Below the pieces are notes generated by a model. It was not told the origin of the DNA. It did not search any database and was given only the letters and a program-made list of their open reading frames with translations. A stretch of DNA of 64,000 nt from NCBI GenBank assembly GCA_951406725.2, contig OX597832.1:26598001-26662000 (forward strand). Direction: 5' to 3'. The stretch comes from Octopus vulgaris (Eukaryota). Of the stretch, positions 1-11,815 are shown one piece after another; positions within the stretch are counted from its first letter, which is position 1, and every line of letters starts with the position of its first letter. Position numbers and translations under genes: made by a program.

Positions 1-602
1 TACCAAATTCACTCACAAGGCTTTGGTCGGCCCAAGGCTATAGCAGAAGACACTTGCCCAAGATGCCACACAGTGGGACTGAACCCGGAACCATGTGGTT
101 GGTTATATAAAAACAATTGTTTTCAGAATTGTAATTTCTCTAAATAAGGCTGCCTGCCATATCTTTGAAATTATCTACACGGTGAAATTATTTTACGGCA
201 AAATTTCCAATACGGCAAAGTTTTCTAAAGCGAGTTTCCCTGTGGCAAAAATGTTTACAGCAAATATTCCTAGAACCGGAACATACACATTATGAACTTT
301 CATTTTCCATCTATCAAATAAACTCATAAGGTTTCAGTCAGTCTGGAGGATACAGTGGAAGACACTTACCAAAAGGTGCCATGCAGTGGGATTGAACCCC
401 AAACTGCATGGTTGGGAAATAATTCAACCAAGCCACGCTTATGCCTTAATAAATATATTTCATACACATACACACACATAATATAACAACATTTGATGTC
501 TATGGATATTTTTACTCATGCTGGCCACTGGTAAAAATTAATATCTAATTTTTACCCTATATTTTGAGATTTGTCTTCCATTCTCTGGATCTTTCCTTCT
601 AT

Positions 603-637
603 GTTTCCGACGAAGAGCTCCGCTCAAAACGTTAAAC
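603..637 (+). ncRNA. Degenerate minimal hammerhead motif (Penelope-like end)
   Basis: GTTT CCGACGA A GAGC tcc GCTC AAAACGTT AAAC; two core substitutions. Confidence 0.5.
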
Positions 638-1018
638 CCTCCTTCTTTCCTGAGCATCCAATAATACTATATTTGTTCCACGTCCTCGTGTTGTTGTGTT
701 TTTTTGTGCTTTCATGTTTGGATTAACTTTTATATATATATATATAGATAGATAGAGAGAGAGAGTAAAATCTATTTGCCAGCATAAAGCGGCAGTCCTA
801 ATGCAGGTATAAGGACACAGTTGTGCATTGGTAGCCAGCTGGAAAAGATGTTTTCCTGGGGCTAAAAAAGGCAGTAACATTGTCCTAATCAAGACAGCCA
901 CTTGACGCTAGGAAATAGATTTTTACTCTGTAGTACCGTTACTACTTACTTCTCACTCAGAGATTTAAAACTGTTTTCCTCTCTCTCTCTCATATATATG
1001 TGTGTGTGTGTGACAGTG

Positions 1019-1242
1019 TTAACCCATGAAGTCCCACTGTCCTATAAATAGGACACTAAATGAGAACATTAAATAACCTATGTCAGATTGTCTCAGTGTC
1101 CTATTTCTAGGACACCGAGTATTTCCATTTCTACTTGAAGTAAAGGAGTTTTAATAATTATTCTTAAACCTATTTTCCATCATCTGTAAAAATTTTAAAG
1201 TAATATTCAGAAATTGAATTACTCTGGGACTTAATGGGTTGA
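1019..1242. mobile_element. piggyBac-like MITE family 3
   Basis: ttaacccatgaagtccca...tgggacttaatgggtt terminal inverted repeats; internal gtcctat..taggacac palindromes. Confidence 0.6.
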
Positions 1243-1494
1243 AAGTAGATAACCGCATACTTCAGTTCCACTACTTCCTAATCACAAAACCATGCTGTGT
1301 ATGTACATCAATTTGTATTTATAGAAATGAAAATAAAGAATACACACACACATGTATATATGCATAGGCACAAACACATTGTTTTATTCAGTGGAATGAA
1401 GTGGAAAGAACTCAGCCAAGTATTCTAAGTTTGGTTAGCAGAATTACATAGGACACATACAGCTATTTATGTATGCTTTATGTGTATCTCTCTT

Positions 1495-1529
<35 letters not shown>

Positions 1530-1712
1530 TTATATGAAGTTAAATATATGTCATAAAAGTGACCACTGGTCACTTTATGACCAGTGGTTTCACAGACTGG
1601 ACATATATTTAACTTCATATAAATACAATGCTGCCCTAACCATCAGTGTGCTTCTCATTTGCATATATGATCCACTGACAATGTACACACACACACACAC
1701 ACACACACACAG

Positions 1713-2087
1713 TGGAGGTGCAATGGCCCAGTGGTTAGGGCAACAGACTCGCGGTTGTAGGATCACAGTTTCAATTCCTAGACCGGGCACTGTGAGTATT
1801 TATTGAGCGAAAACATCTAAAGCTCCACGAGGCTCCAGCAGGGGGTGGTAGCGAACCCTGTTGTGCTCTTTCACCACAACTTTCTCTCACTCTTTCTTTC
1901 TGTTTCTGTTGTACCTGTATTTCAAAGGACATGCCTTGTCACACTCTGTGTCATGCTGAATCTTCCCCGAGAACTACGTTAAGGGTACATGTGTCTGTGG
2001 AGTTCTCAGCCACATGCACGTTAATTTCACGAGCAGGCTGTTCCATTGATCTAATCAACTGGAATCCTCGTCATCACAACCGACGGA
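1713..2087 (+). mobile_element. tRNA-derived SINE, family A (also 8108-8410 +, 15679-15888 -, 22838-23200 +, 24625-24913 -, 37480-37777 -)
   Basis: Head TGGCCCAGTGGTTAGGGCAGCGGACTCGCGG...GTTTCGATTCC with A/B boxes and a shared body. Confidence 0.85.
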
Positions 2088-2299
2088 GTACACACACACA
2101 CACACACACACATGTACTTATTTGAAAAACACGTTGCTATTATCCCAGCTGATGATTGCCCCCTGCCCCCCCCAAGGAGTGAAATTTAGAGGTAACTGGA
2201 CAACAGTCAGTTCCAACAATGTGTGTGTGTATGAGTGAAGAAAGTTAAAATTCAAGAAAATATAAAACACCTAAATTCTACATGAGAAACTGTTGCAGA

Positions 2300-2719
2300 A
2301 CAGAAGAGAAAGAGAGGTGGTGGGGTGGGGGTGTTGGGGACAAGAGAGGGAGAGAAGGGATGGAGAAGGGGAGGGAATGAATGGAAAGTGGGGAGGGTGG
2401 GAAGTGCGAGAGAGAGGAGAGAGAGGGGCGAGAGAGAGAGGTGGGAGGGGCGAGGGGAGCGGAGAGAGAGTGTAGGAGAGAGAAGGGGAGAGAAGGAGAG
2501 AGAGAAAGAGAGAGAAGATAGAGGAGAAGAGGACGAGAGAGAGGTGGGAGGGGAAAGAGAGGGGAGAGAAGGGAAAGAGAGAAGGGGAGAGAGAAGGGGG
2601 AGAGAGAAGGGAAAGAGAGAAGGGGAGAGAGGAGGGAGGGGAGAAAGAAGGAGAGACATAGAGAAGGAGAGGGGAGAGTGAGAGAGAGAATATGTCATGC
2701 ATAGAAATGTCATGCAGAA

Positions 2720-2751
<32 letters not shown>

Positions 2752-2900
2752 GAAAAGAAAGTAAACAGAGAATGGAAGGTTCAGAGTAGTGAGTGTGGGG
2801 AGTGGGGGAGAGGATGGAGAGAGAGGAAGAGAAAGAGAAGGGGAGATGGAGAGAAAGAAAGAGAGAGGGGTGAGGGAGGAAGTGAATGGCAACATTTGTT
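2300..2900. repeat. GA-rich low-complexity tract
   Basis: Near purine-only plus strand. Confidence 0.9.
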
Positions 2901-3149
2901 TTTTTTCTTCTTTTTTTCTGCCAATTTGGAGAAAAATTGAAGAATTGCATTCCCACACACAAAAAGAAAATAAACTGACTAGAAAGAGAAAAGAATAAAC
3001 TATGCCATGCAGAGTGATTAGTGTGTGTGTGTGTGTGTGTGTGTGTATGTAGGAGAGAGAGATGTGGGTGTATGTAAATGATGGGAGAGAAAGTGGGCAG
3101 CAACGCTTGTGGATGAGATACAGAGTATGGAGAGCTGATACATAACATA

Positions 3150-3303
3150 TATCACATTAATTACATTTGATGGATATTTCTCCTCACCTTCTTTGTTGTT
3201 AACACAACATTTTGGCTGATATACCTTCCAGCCTTCATCAGGTGTCTTGGGGAAATTTCGAACCTGGGTTCTCATTCTTAAGGTATATTTTTGGATGGTA
3301 TTA

Positions 3304-3342
<39 letters not shown>

Positions 3343-3645
3343 TCACTGCCTGGAATTGAACTTGGAATCTTGGGGTTAGTAGCCTGTGCTCGTAACCCCA
3401 AGATACCAAGTTCGTTTCCAGGCACTGACCTGAATTATAATAATAATAATAATAATAATGATAATACCATCCAAAAATATACCTTAAGAATGAGAACCCA
3501 GGTTCGAAATTTCCCCAAGACACCTGATGAAGGCTGGAGGGTATATCAGGCAAAACATTGTGTTAACAACAAACAAGATGAGGAGAAATATCCATCAAAT
3601 GCAAACAATGTAAATAATTCCTCATCTCTTAAATATAGAACTGTA
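3150..3645. mobile_element. Inverted dimer of a tRNA-head + hammerhead (Penelope-like/retrozyme-like) element
   Basis: Arms of about 230 bp in inverted orientation, each with GACAC-CTGATGA-A-GGCTG..CAG(C/G)C-AAAA..GTGTT; same family as 55458-55972. Confidence 0.75.
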
Positions 3646-4169
3646 TTATCACATCTATATGTCTTTTTTTTTTGTATTTAGTATTTGTTGGGTTTGTACA
3701 AGAAGGGACTGAATCCCCTGGTCCTCACAAGATCTTCCACATGGCTAAAATGAATGCAGTTAATAATTTTCTTGGACAGTCTGGAGGCAATGGCAAGTGA
3801 AAGGCACTTGTGCCGGTGACACATAAGAGGCACCTGTGCTGGCGACACGTAAAAGGCAACCAGTGCACACTGTGGAATGGTTGGCATTAGGAAGGGCATC
3901 CAGCTGTAGAAACCAAGCCAAACAGACAACTGGAGTCTGGTGCAGCTCTCTGGCTTACCATTTCCAGTCAAACCGTCCAACCCATGCCAGCATGGAAAAC
4001 GGATGCTGAATCATGATAATGGTGGTGATGAGCTGCAAGTTGACAGCTGTAAAGGAAATCCAATTCAGATGGCCACCACTCCAAGGAGGAAGTGCTGCAA
4101 ATAGTGGTCAAAGGGCTGTTTGAGGGTCGGAAAGTGGATACAGTACAAGTGATGGATGGGGGAGGGACT

Positions 4170-7100
4170 AGAGAGGAATGATTGAGTAGAAGTGGCAGGA
4201 GACTGCCCTGAGAAGTGGTGGGAGACAAGTGCGAGTAGAGGTGGCAGGAGACCAGCATGAGTAGAGGTGGCGGGAGACCAGCCCAAGTAGAGGTGGAAGG
4301 AGATAGGAGACCAGCATGAGTAGAGCTGGTGGTAGACCAGCCCGAGTAGAGGTGGCAGGAGATAGGAGACCAGCATGAGTAGAGGTGGCGGGAGACCAGC
4401 GCGAATTGAGGTGGCGGGAGACCAGCGCGAGTTGAGGTGGCGGGAGGACCAGCGCGAGTTGAGGTGGCAGGAGGACCAGCCTGAGTAGAAGTGGCAGAGG
4501 ACCAGCCTGAGTAGAGGTGGCAGAGGACCAGCCTGAGTAGAGGTGGCAGAGGACCAGCCTGAGTAGAGGTGGCAGAGGACCAGCCTGAGTAGAGGTGGCA
4601 GAGGACCAGCCTGAGTAGAGGTGGCAGAGGACCAGCCTGAGTAGAGGTGGCAGAGGACCAGCCTGAGTAGAGGTGGCAGAGGACCAGCCTGAGTAGAAGT
4701 GGCAGAGGACCAGCCTGAGTAGAGGTGGCAGAGGACCAGCCTGAGTAGAGGTGGCAGAGGACCAGCCTGAGTAGAGGTGGCAGAGGACCAGCCTGAGTAG
4801 AGGTGGCAGAGGACCAGCTTGAGTAGAGGTGGCAGAGGACCAGCCTGAGTAGAGGTGGCAGAGGACCAGCCTGAGTAGAGGTGGCAGAGGACCAGCCTGA
4901 GTAGAGGTGGCAGAGGACCAGCCTGAGTAGAGGTGGCAGAGGACCAGCCTGAGTAGAGGTGGCAGAGGACCAGCCTGAGTAGAGGTGGCAGAGGACCAGC
5001 CTGAGTAGAGGTGGCAGAGGACCAGCCTGAGTAGAGGTGGCAGAGGACCAGCTTGAGTAGAGGAAGTGGCAGAGGACCAGCCTGAGTAGAGTAGGTGGCA
5101 GAGGACCAGCCTGAGTAGAGGAGGTGGCAGAGGACCAGCCTGAGTAGAGGTGGCAGAGGACCAGCCTGAATAGAGGTGGCAGAGGACCAGCCTGAGTAGA
5201 GGTGGCAGAGGACCAGCCTGAGTAGAGGTGGCAGAGGACCAGCCTGAATAGAGGTGGCAGAGGACCAGCCTGAGTAGAGGTGGCAGAGGACCAGCCTGAG
5301 TAGAGGTGGCAGAGGACCAGCCTGAGTAGAGGTGGCAGAGGACGAGCCTGAGTAGAGGTGGCAGAGGACGAGCCTGAGTAGAGGTGGCAGAGGACCAGCC
5401 TGAGTAGAGGTGGCAGAGGACCAGCTTGAGTTGAGGTGGCAGAGGACCAGCCTGAGTAGAGGTGGCAGAGGACCAGCCTGAGTAGAGGTGGCAGAGGACC
5501 AGCCTGAGTAGAGGTGGCAGAGGACCAGCCTGAGTAGAGGTGGCAGAGGACCAGCCTGAGTAGAGGTGGCAGAGGACCAGCCTGAGTAGAGGTGGCAAAG
5601 GACCAGCCTGAGTAGAGGTGGCAGAGGACCAGCTTGAGTAGAGGTGGCAGAGGACCAGCTTGAGTAGAGGTGGCAGAGGACCAGCTTGAGTAGAGGTGGC
5701 AGAGGACCAGCTTGAGTAGAGGTGGCAGAGGACCGGCCTGAGTAGAGGTGGCAGAGGACCGGCCTGAGTAGAGGTGGCAGAGGACCGGCCTGAGTAGAGG
5801 TGGCAGAGGACCGGCCCGAGTAGAGGTGGCAGAGGACCAGCCCGAGTAGAGGTGGCAGAGGACCAGCCCGAGTAGAGGTGGCAGAGAACCAGTTGAGTAG
5901 AGGTGGCAGAGGACCAGCTTGAGTAGAGGTGGCAGAGGACCAGCCTGAGTAGAAGTGGCAGAGGACCAGCTTGAGTAGAGGTGGCAGAGGACCAGCTTGA
6001 GTAGAGGTGGCAGAGGACCAGCTTGAGTAGAGGTGGCAGAGGACCAGCCTGAGTAGAGGTGGCAGAGGACCAGCCTGAGTAGAGGTGGCAGGAGGACCAG
6101 CCTGAGTAGAGGTGGCAGAGGACCAGCCTGAGTAGAGGTGGCAGAGGACCAGCCCAAGTAGAGATGGCAGAGGACCAGCCCGAGTAGAGATGGCAGAGGA
6201 CCAGCCCGAGTAGAGGTGGCAGAGGACCAGCGTGAGTAGAGGTGGCAGAGGACCAGCCTGAGTAGAGGTGGCAGAGGACCAGCTTGAGTAGAGGTGGCAG
6301 AGGACCAGCCTGAGTAGAGGTGGCAGAGGACCAGCCTGAGTAGAGGTGGCAGAGGACCAGCTTGAGTAGAGGTGGCAGAGGACCAGCCTGAGTAGAGGTG
6401 GCAGAGGACCAGCCTGAGTAGAGGTGGCAGAGGACCAGCCTGAGTAGAAGTGGCAGAGGACCAGCCTGAGTAGAGGTGGCAGAGGACCAGCCCGAGTAGA
6501 AGTGGCAGAGGACCAGCCTGAGTAGAGGTGGCAGAGGACCAGCCTGAGTAGAGGTGGCAGAGGACCAGCCTGAGTAGAGGTGGCAGAGGACCAGCCTGAG
6601 TAGAGGTGGCAGAGGACGAGCCCGAGTAGAGGTGGCAGAGGACCAGCCTGAGTAGAGGTGGCAGAGGACCAGCCTGAGTAGAAGTGGCAGAGGACCAGCC
6701 TGAGTAGAAGTGGCAGAGGACCAGCCTGAGTAGAGGTGGCAGAGGACCAGCCTGAGTAGAGGTGGCAGAGGACCAGCTTGAGTAGAGGTGGCAGAGGACC
6801 AGCTTGAGTAGAGGTGGCAGAGGACGAGCCTGAGTAGAGGTGGCAGAGGACCAGCCTGAGTAGAGGTGGCAGAGGACCAGCCTGAGTAGAGGTGGCAGAG
6901 GACGAGCCCGAGTAGAGGTGGCAGAGGACCAGCCTGAGTAGAGGTGGCAGAGGACCAGCCTGAGTAGAAGTGGCAGAGGACCAGCCTGAGTAGAAGTGGC
7001 AGAGGACCAGCCTGAGTAGAGGTGGCAGAGGACCAGCCTGAGTAGAGGTGGCAGAGGACCAGCTTGAGTAGAGGTGGCAGAGGACCAGCTTGAGTAGAGG

Positions 7101-7300
7101 TGGCAGAGGACGAGCCTGAGTAGAGGTGGCAGAGGACCAGCCTGAGTAGAGGTGGCAGAGGACCAGCCTGAGTAGAGGTGGCAGAGGACAAGCTCGAGTA
7201 GAGGTGGCAGAGGACCAGCCTGAGTAGAGGAGGTGGGAGACCAGCCTGAGCTGAGGTGAAGGTAGAGCAGCCTGAGTAGCAGTAGCAAGAGACCTGGCCC
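4170..7300. repeat. 26-bp minisatellite (CCTGAGTAGAGGTGGCAGAGGACCAG), about 115 copies
   Basis: Homogeneous tandem array with degenerate edges; source of the 1000-aa repeat ORFs. Confidence 0.97.
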
Positions 7301-10300
7301 GAGCAGAAGAGGCTGTTATAGTGGTAAATAATATACAGATTATTATTATTATTATTATTATAGCTATTATAGAAAAGTAGAAGCCATATTAGTAGAGAGA
7401 GGGGGGAGAGAGAGAGGGAGCATGTCTGTGGCTGAGAGGTTGGAGTGAGATGGTTACTTCAGGACAGTCAGTCGAGTAAGCTTTTTTTGGACACAATCTA
7501 AGGTGTCTGTGTCAAGTAGCATACAATCGGGAGCAAAGGTGATGTTCATGATCCCTTGGTCCCTTGAGACAGGTGTGAAGGAAAGGAAGGTATTATTCTG
7601 AAACCAGAGACCATGTCAGAATGTGTGAAGCTTAGTATTGGACTGTGAACCATTCAGGTTCTTAGTGGTTTACTTTGCCTGAAGAGAGGGTGGAGGAGCT
7701 TGTAGCGCAGTTAAGATGGCCTTTGGGTTAAGTATTACCGGGGCTCTGTAGCAGAAGTTTACGGTTTGTGTTAATATGTTGAGGACAGAGAAAATGAGGT
7801 CTAATTTTAGATATGTTAATATCGAACAATGAGAATGTGGGCTCAACAAGGAACAGGTGGATAAATACTCTTTATTTTGTGGGTTAATCAGGCTGCCATT
7901 GGTATCATGCAACGAGATATATAGATACCTTAACAATTATCAAGCCTGTTGCATGAGATGCAGGTGTTTATCTCCATCCTGGATGAAAACAAAATCATTT
8001 GAGATCACGAAGTTTTGGAGTTAACAAACATTCACATGAGGAACAACGCAATAATTATTATCTCCCTTGCATTAAATTTATTTTTATATTTATATGTACA
8101 TTAACATGGAGCGCAGTGGCCCAGTGGTTAGGGCAGCGGACACGCGGTCGTAGGATCGCGGTTTCGATTCCCAGACCGGGCGTTGTGAGTGTTTATTGAG
8201 CGAAAACACCTTAAGCTCTATGATGTTCCGGTAGGGGCTGGTGGCGATCCCTTCTGTACTCTTTCGCCACAACTTTCTCTCACGCTTTCTTCTGTTGACC
8301 TGCTCGCTTAGCCAGCGGGGTGGCGTCATTTGAAGGCTAAAACAATGCGAAGCGCATTGTGACCAGCGATGTGTAGCAACATCTGATAGCCTGATCGGTC
8401 ACAGTGATATGCATTAGCACACATACCCACATTATGCACTTTAAATATGTGCACTTAACAGTTTATATATGCATATTAAAAATGCATAATGCAGGTATGG
8501 TTATGAGTGCCAGTGGATGTGTGTATTTTTGTGTGTGTATGCACATATAAAAATGAAATTTAATACAATGGAGATAATTCGGGAGTTGTCCCCCACCCCT
8601 GATATATTTGTTTGCTTCAAAATCTCACTCGATCTTGCATGATTTTATCGTGTTTTCATCCAAGTGGGAGACAAACATTAACATCCTCTCTGCAGCAGGT
8701 TTCATAATCGTTACAAGACATCTCTCTTAATGTGAAACCAATGATAGACTGGTTAACCCACAAATAAAGTATATATATATATATATATATATGTGCCACC
8801 TGCACAGGAGCCAGTCCGGCGGCACTGGCAACGACCTCGCTTGCAATGTTTTATATATATATATATAAATATATATATATAGATGGATAGATATGTATAT
8901 ATGTATATGTTTATATACATATGTGTGTATGTATATACATATTCATGTTTGCATATGTGTGAGTGTATATACACATATATATGTATGTAATGTCTATATA
9001 TATATGTGTGTGTGTGTATATATGTGTGTGTGTGTGTACATATATATATACACACACACACGCATAGTGATAGTCTTTGGAAAGTTGAGGGAGACAAGAT
9101 CAGTATGCCCCCCCCCCCCCCGCTTCTATTGGATGATTAAGATGTAGGCTATATAATATGTGTATACATAGCTTTGTGACTATGTGTATGAGAGAGAAAG
9201 AGTAGGAGGGAACATACACACACATACATGTACTCTTAATAATTTCCCTTAGTCTTAAAGTAGGAGACCTGGTCATCTCATCAAGAGTATCTATTACTTA
9301 ATATGTTGAGTGCCTCTTTCTTTCATTTCTCCCACTTACGTGTTTGTCTGTGTGTATATGTGAAGGCACATGACTCAGTGGTTAGAGCATTGGGGTCACA
9401 ACCATGAGGTAGTGAGTTTGATTCACGGACCAGGCTGTGTGTTGTGTTCTTGAGCAAGACACTTTATTTTTCATGTTGCTCCAGTTCACTCAGTTGTAGA
9501 ATTGAGTTGTGATGTCACTGGTGCCAAGCTGTATTGGCCCCTTTGCCTTTCCCTTGGATAACATTGGTGTGGAGAGAGGGGACTGGTATGCATGGGCAAC
9601 TACTGGTCTTCCATAAACAACCTTACCTAGATTGTGCCTCAGAGGAGAACTTTCTAGGTGTAATCCGATGATCATTCATGATCAAAAGGGTCTTTAATAT
9701 ATATACATACATACACACACACACAGATGTGTACCATGGGATTGCACCTTGAAAGCTCCCCTTCGAGTCACAAGTCTGGGCAAGGTTGTTTATGGAAGAC
9801 CAGCAGTTGCCCATGCATACTGGCCTACCCTCTCCATGCCACCAGTGTTATCCTAGGAAAAGGCAAAGGGGCCGATACAGCTTGGCACCAGTGATATATC
9901 ACAACTCATTTCTACAGCTGAGTGAATTGGAGCAACGTGAAATAAAGTGTCTTGCTCAAGAACACAACACGCAGCCTGGTCCGGGACTCGAACTCATTAC
10001 CTCACAATTGTGAGGCTGACACCACACACACTCACACATATATATGTGAGCTGTTGCTTTTGTTGTTCACCTCCGATCTGATCTAGAGAAGATTTTTAAG
10101 CAGAGGTGTTCCTGTCACAACTATTCTCTCCATTGTGTTCAGACACACTGTATCTAGGCAGGCCCAGCTTAGCAGGGTTACAGACCCCTGGATGGATCAA
10201 TAAATTGGTCCCAGTCAGATTTCTCAGCTTACGTAGATCAGAACTGGGCCTGCAAGCCTATGGAGCCCTGGGCAACTGTCCAGTATGACCATGCCTTTTG

Positions 10301-10806
10301 ACAGGAGGGACATTTGGCTACTATTTCTAGCAAGTTGAACAACTACTGAAACTATCACACAGTTTCAGAGTGATAGTTGATGTTCAGCCCTGGGTCACCT
10401 CAGATCTGGCACACCTGTGATCATAGGCAGTCCAGCCATGACTATCCCATTGGTTAGTGTGTCAAAGATGACATTATTGATCAATCAATCTGTCTTTTCT
10501 TTTCAATGTTATGATGAGGGAGATTTAGCTGTTATTTTTAGCAAATCTAGAGCTCATCAGTTCAGAGTAGCTGCACTTATTGTTTATCCCAAAGTTGGCC
10601 CTGATCCAGTAAACTGTTGGTCAAAGGCGTTCCAGCCACGACCCTCCTCTTCTATTTAGATATGGTATATCCGGGGATTTAATTACTCAATACATACATT
10701 TAAAAAAAAAATCTTTTGCGTTAGTATTGCGTGTGTGTTTGTATATGAGAGGATGTGTACATGCGTGAGTCTGAAGAGGAATTAGTTGGGGAGGGGGGAG
10801 AGATAG

Positions 10807-10839
<33 letters not shown>

Positions 10840-10849
10840 ACATGTCAGT

Positions 10850-11680
10850 GAGACAAAGCATGAGAGCAAAGGATGAGGGGGTGGGGGGCATGACAGCAAA
10901 AGGAAGGGAGAGCATGAGTGGAAGGGAGAGTGTGCAAAAGAGAAACAGAGAAAGTGCATGAGAGCAAAAGAGAGGAGGAGGAGAGAGAGAGACCATGAGA
11001 ACTAAACAGAGAGGCTGAGAGAGCATGCAAGCTAAAGAGAGAGGGGAAGAGAGGACGAGAGCTAAAGACAAAGAGGGAGAGAGGATGAGAGCTAAAGAGA
11101 AAGGAGAGATGATGAGAGTTAAAGAGAGAAAGGGAGAGAGGATGAGAGCAAAAGAGAGGAGGAGGAGAAAGAGACCATGAGAACTAAACAGAGAGGCTGA
11201 GAGAGCATGCAAGCTAAAGAGAGAGGGGAAGAGAGGATGAGAGCTAAAGAGGAAGGAGAGAGGATGAGAGTTTAAGAGAGAAAGGGAGAGATGATGAGAG
11301 CTAAAGAGGAAGGAGAGAGGATGAGAGCTAGGGAGAGAGGACGAGAGATAAAGAGAGAGAGGGAGAGAGGATGAGAGCTAAAGAGAGAGAGGAAGAAAGG
11401 ACAAGAGCTAAAGAGGGAGAGGGAGAGAGGATGAGAGCTAAAAGGAGAGAGGAAGAAAGGACAAGAGATAAAGAGAGAGAGGGAGAGAGGATGAGAGCTA
11501 AAGAGAGAGAGGAAGAAAGGACAAGAGCTAAAGAGAGAGAGGAAGAAAGGACAAGAGATAAAGAGAGGGAGAGTGGATGAGAGCTAAAGAGAGAAAGGAC
11601 AAGAGATAAAGAGAGAAAGGGAGAGAGGAGGAGAGCTAAAGAGAGAGGGAGAGAGAGGATGAGAGCTAAAGGGAGCAGAT
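10850..11680. repeat. GA-rich degenerate tandem repeat of about 30 bp (gagaggatgagagctaaagaga...)
   Basis: Repeated units and an internal block duplication. Confidence 0.88.
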
Positions 11681-11684
11681 GAGA

Positions 11685-11815
11685 CTAATATGAAGAGAAA
11701 ATCTGATTGTTGTGTGGCCCCAGGTCAATGGAGATATTTGTCACAGAAAATTTAATGGCTTTTGATCTTTTCATAGAAATGTTGTTATGGCTGGTGACCT
11801 TTCTAACCCTGTCAC
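11685..11815 (-). CDS. Candidate terminal coding exon: (G)DRVRKVTSHNNISMKRSKAIKFSVTNISIDLGPHNNQIFSSY*
   Basis: gaacag/GT acceptor, open in the required phase 1 for about 42 codons to TAG; no homology support. Confidence 0.4.

Noticed and set aside
1713-1790. tRNA genes at SINE heads
   Set aside because: A/B boxes run into SINE bodies and lack a complete cloverleaf.
3968-7288. 1106-aa and 1007-aa ORFs
   Set aside because: Produced by a stop-free 26-bp tandem repeat; non-ATG or internal starts, units with single-base indels, no domain.
4170-7300. CRISPR-like array
   Set aside because: Units are contiguous with no unique spacers; eukaryotic context, no cas genes.
7420-7990. Possible decayed Penelope RT fragment on the minus strand
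   Set aside because: Only faint resemblance; cannot be supported without a profile search.
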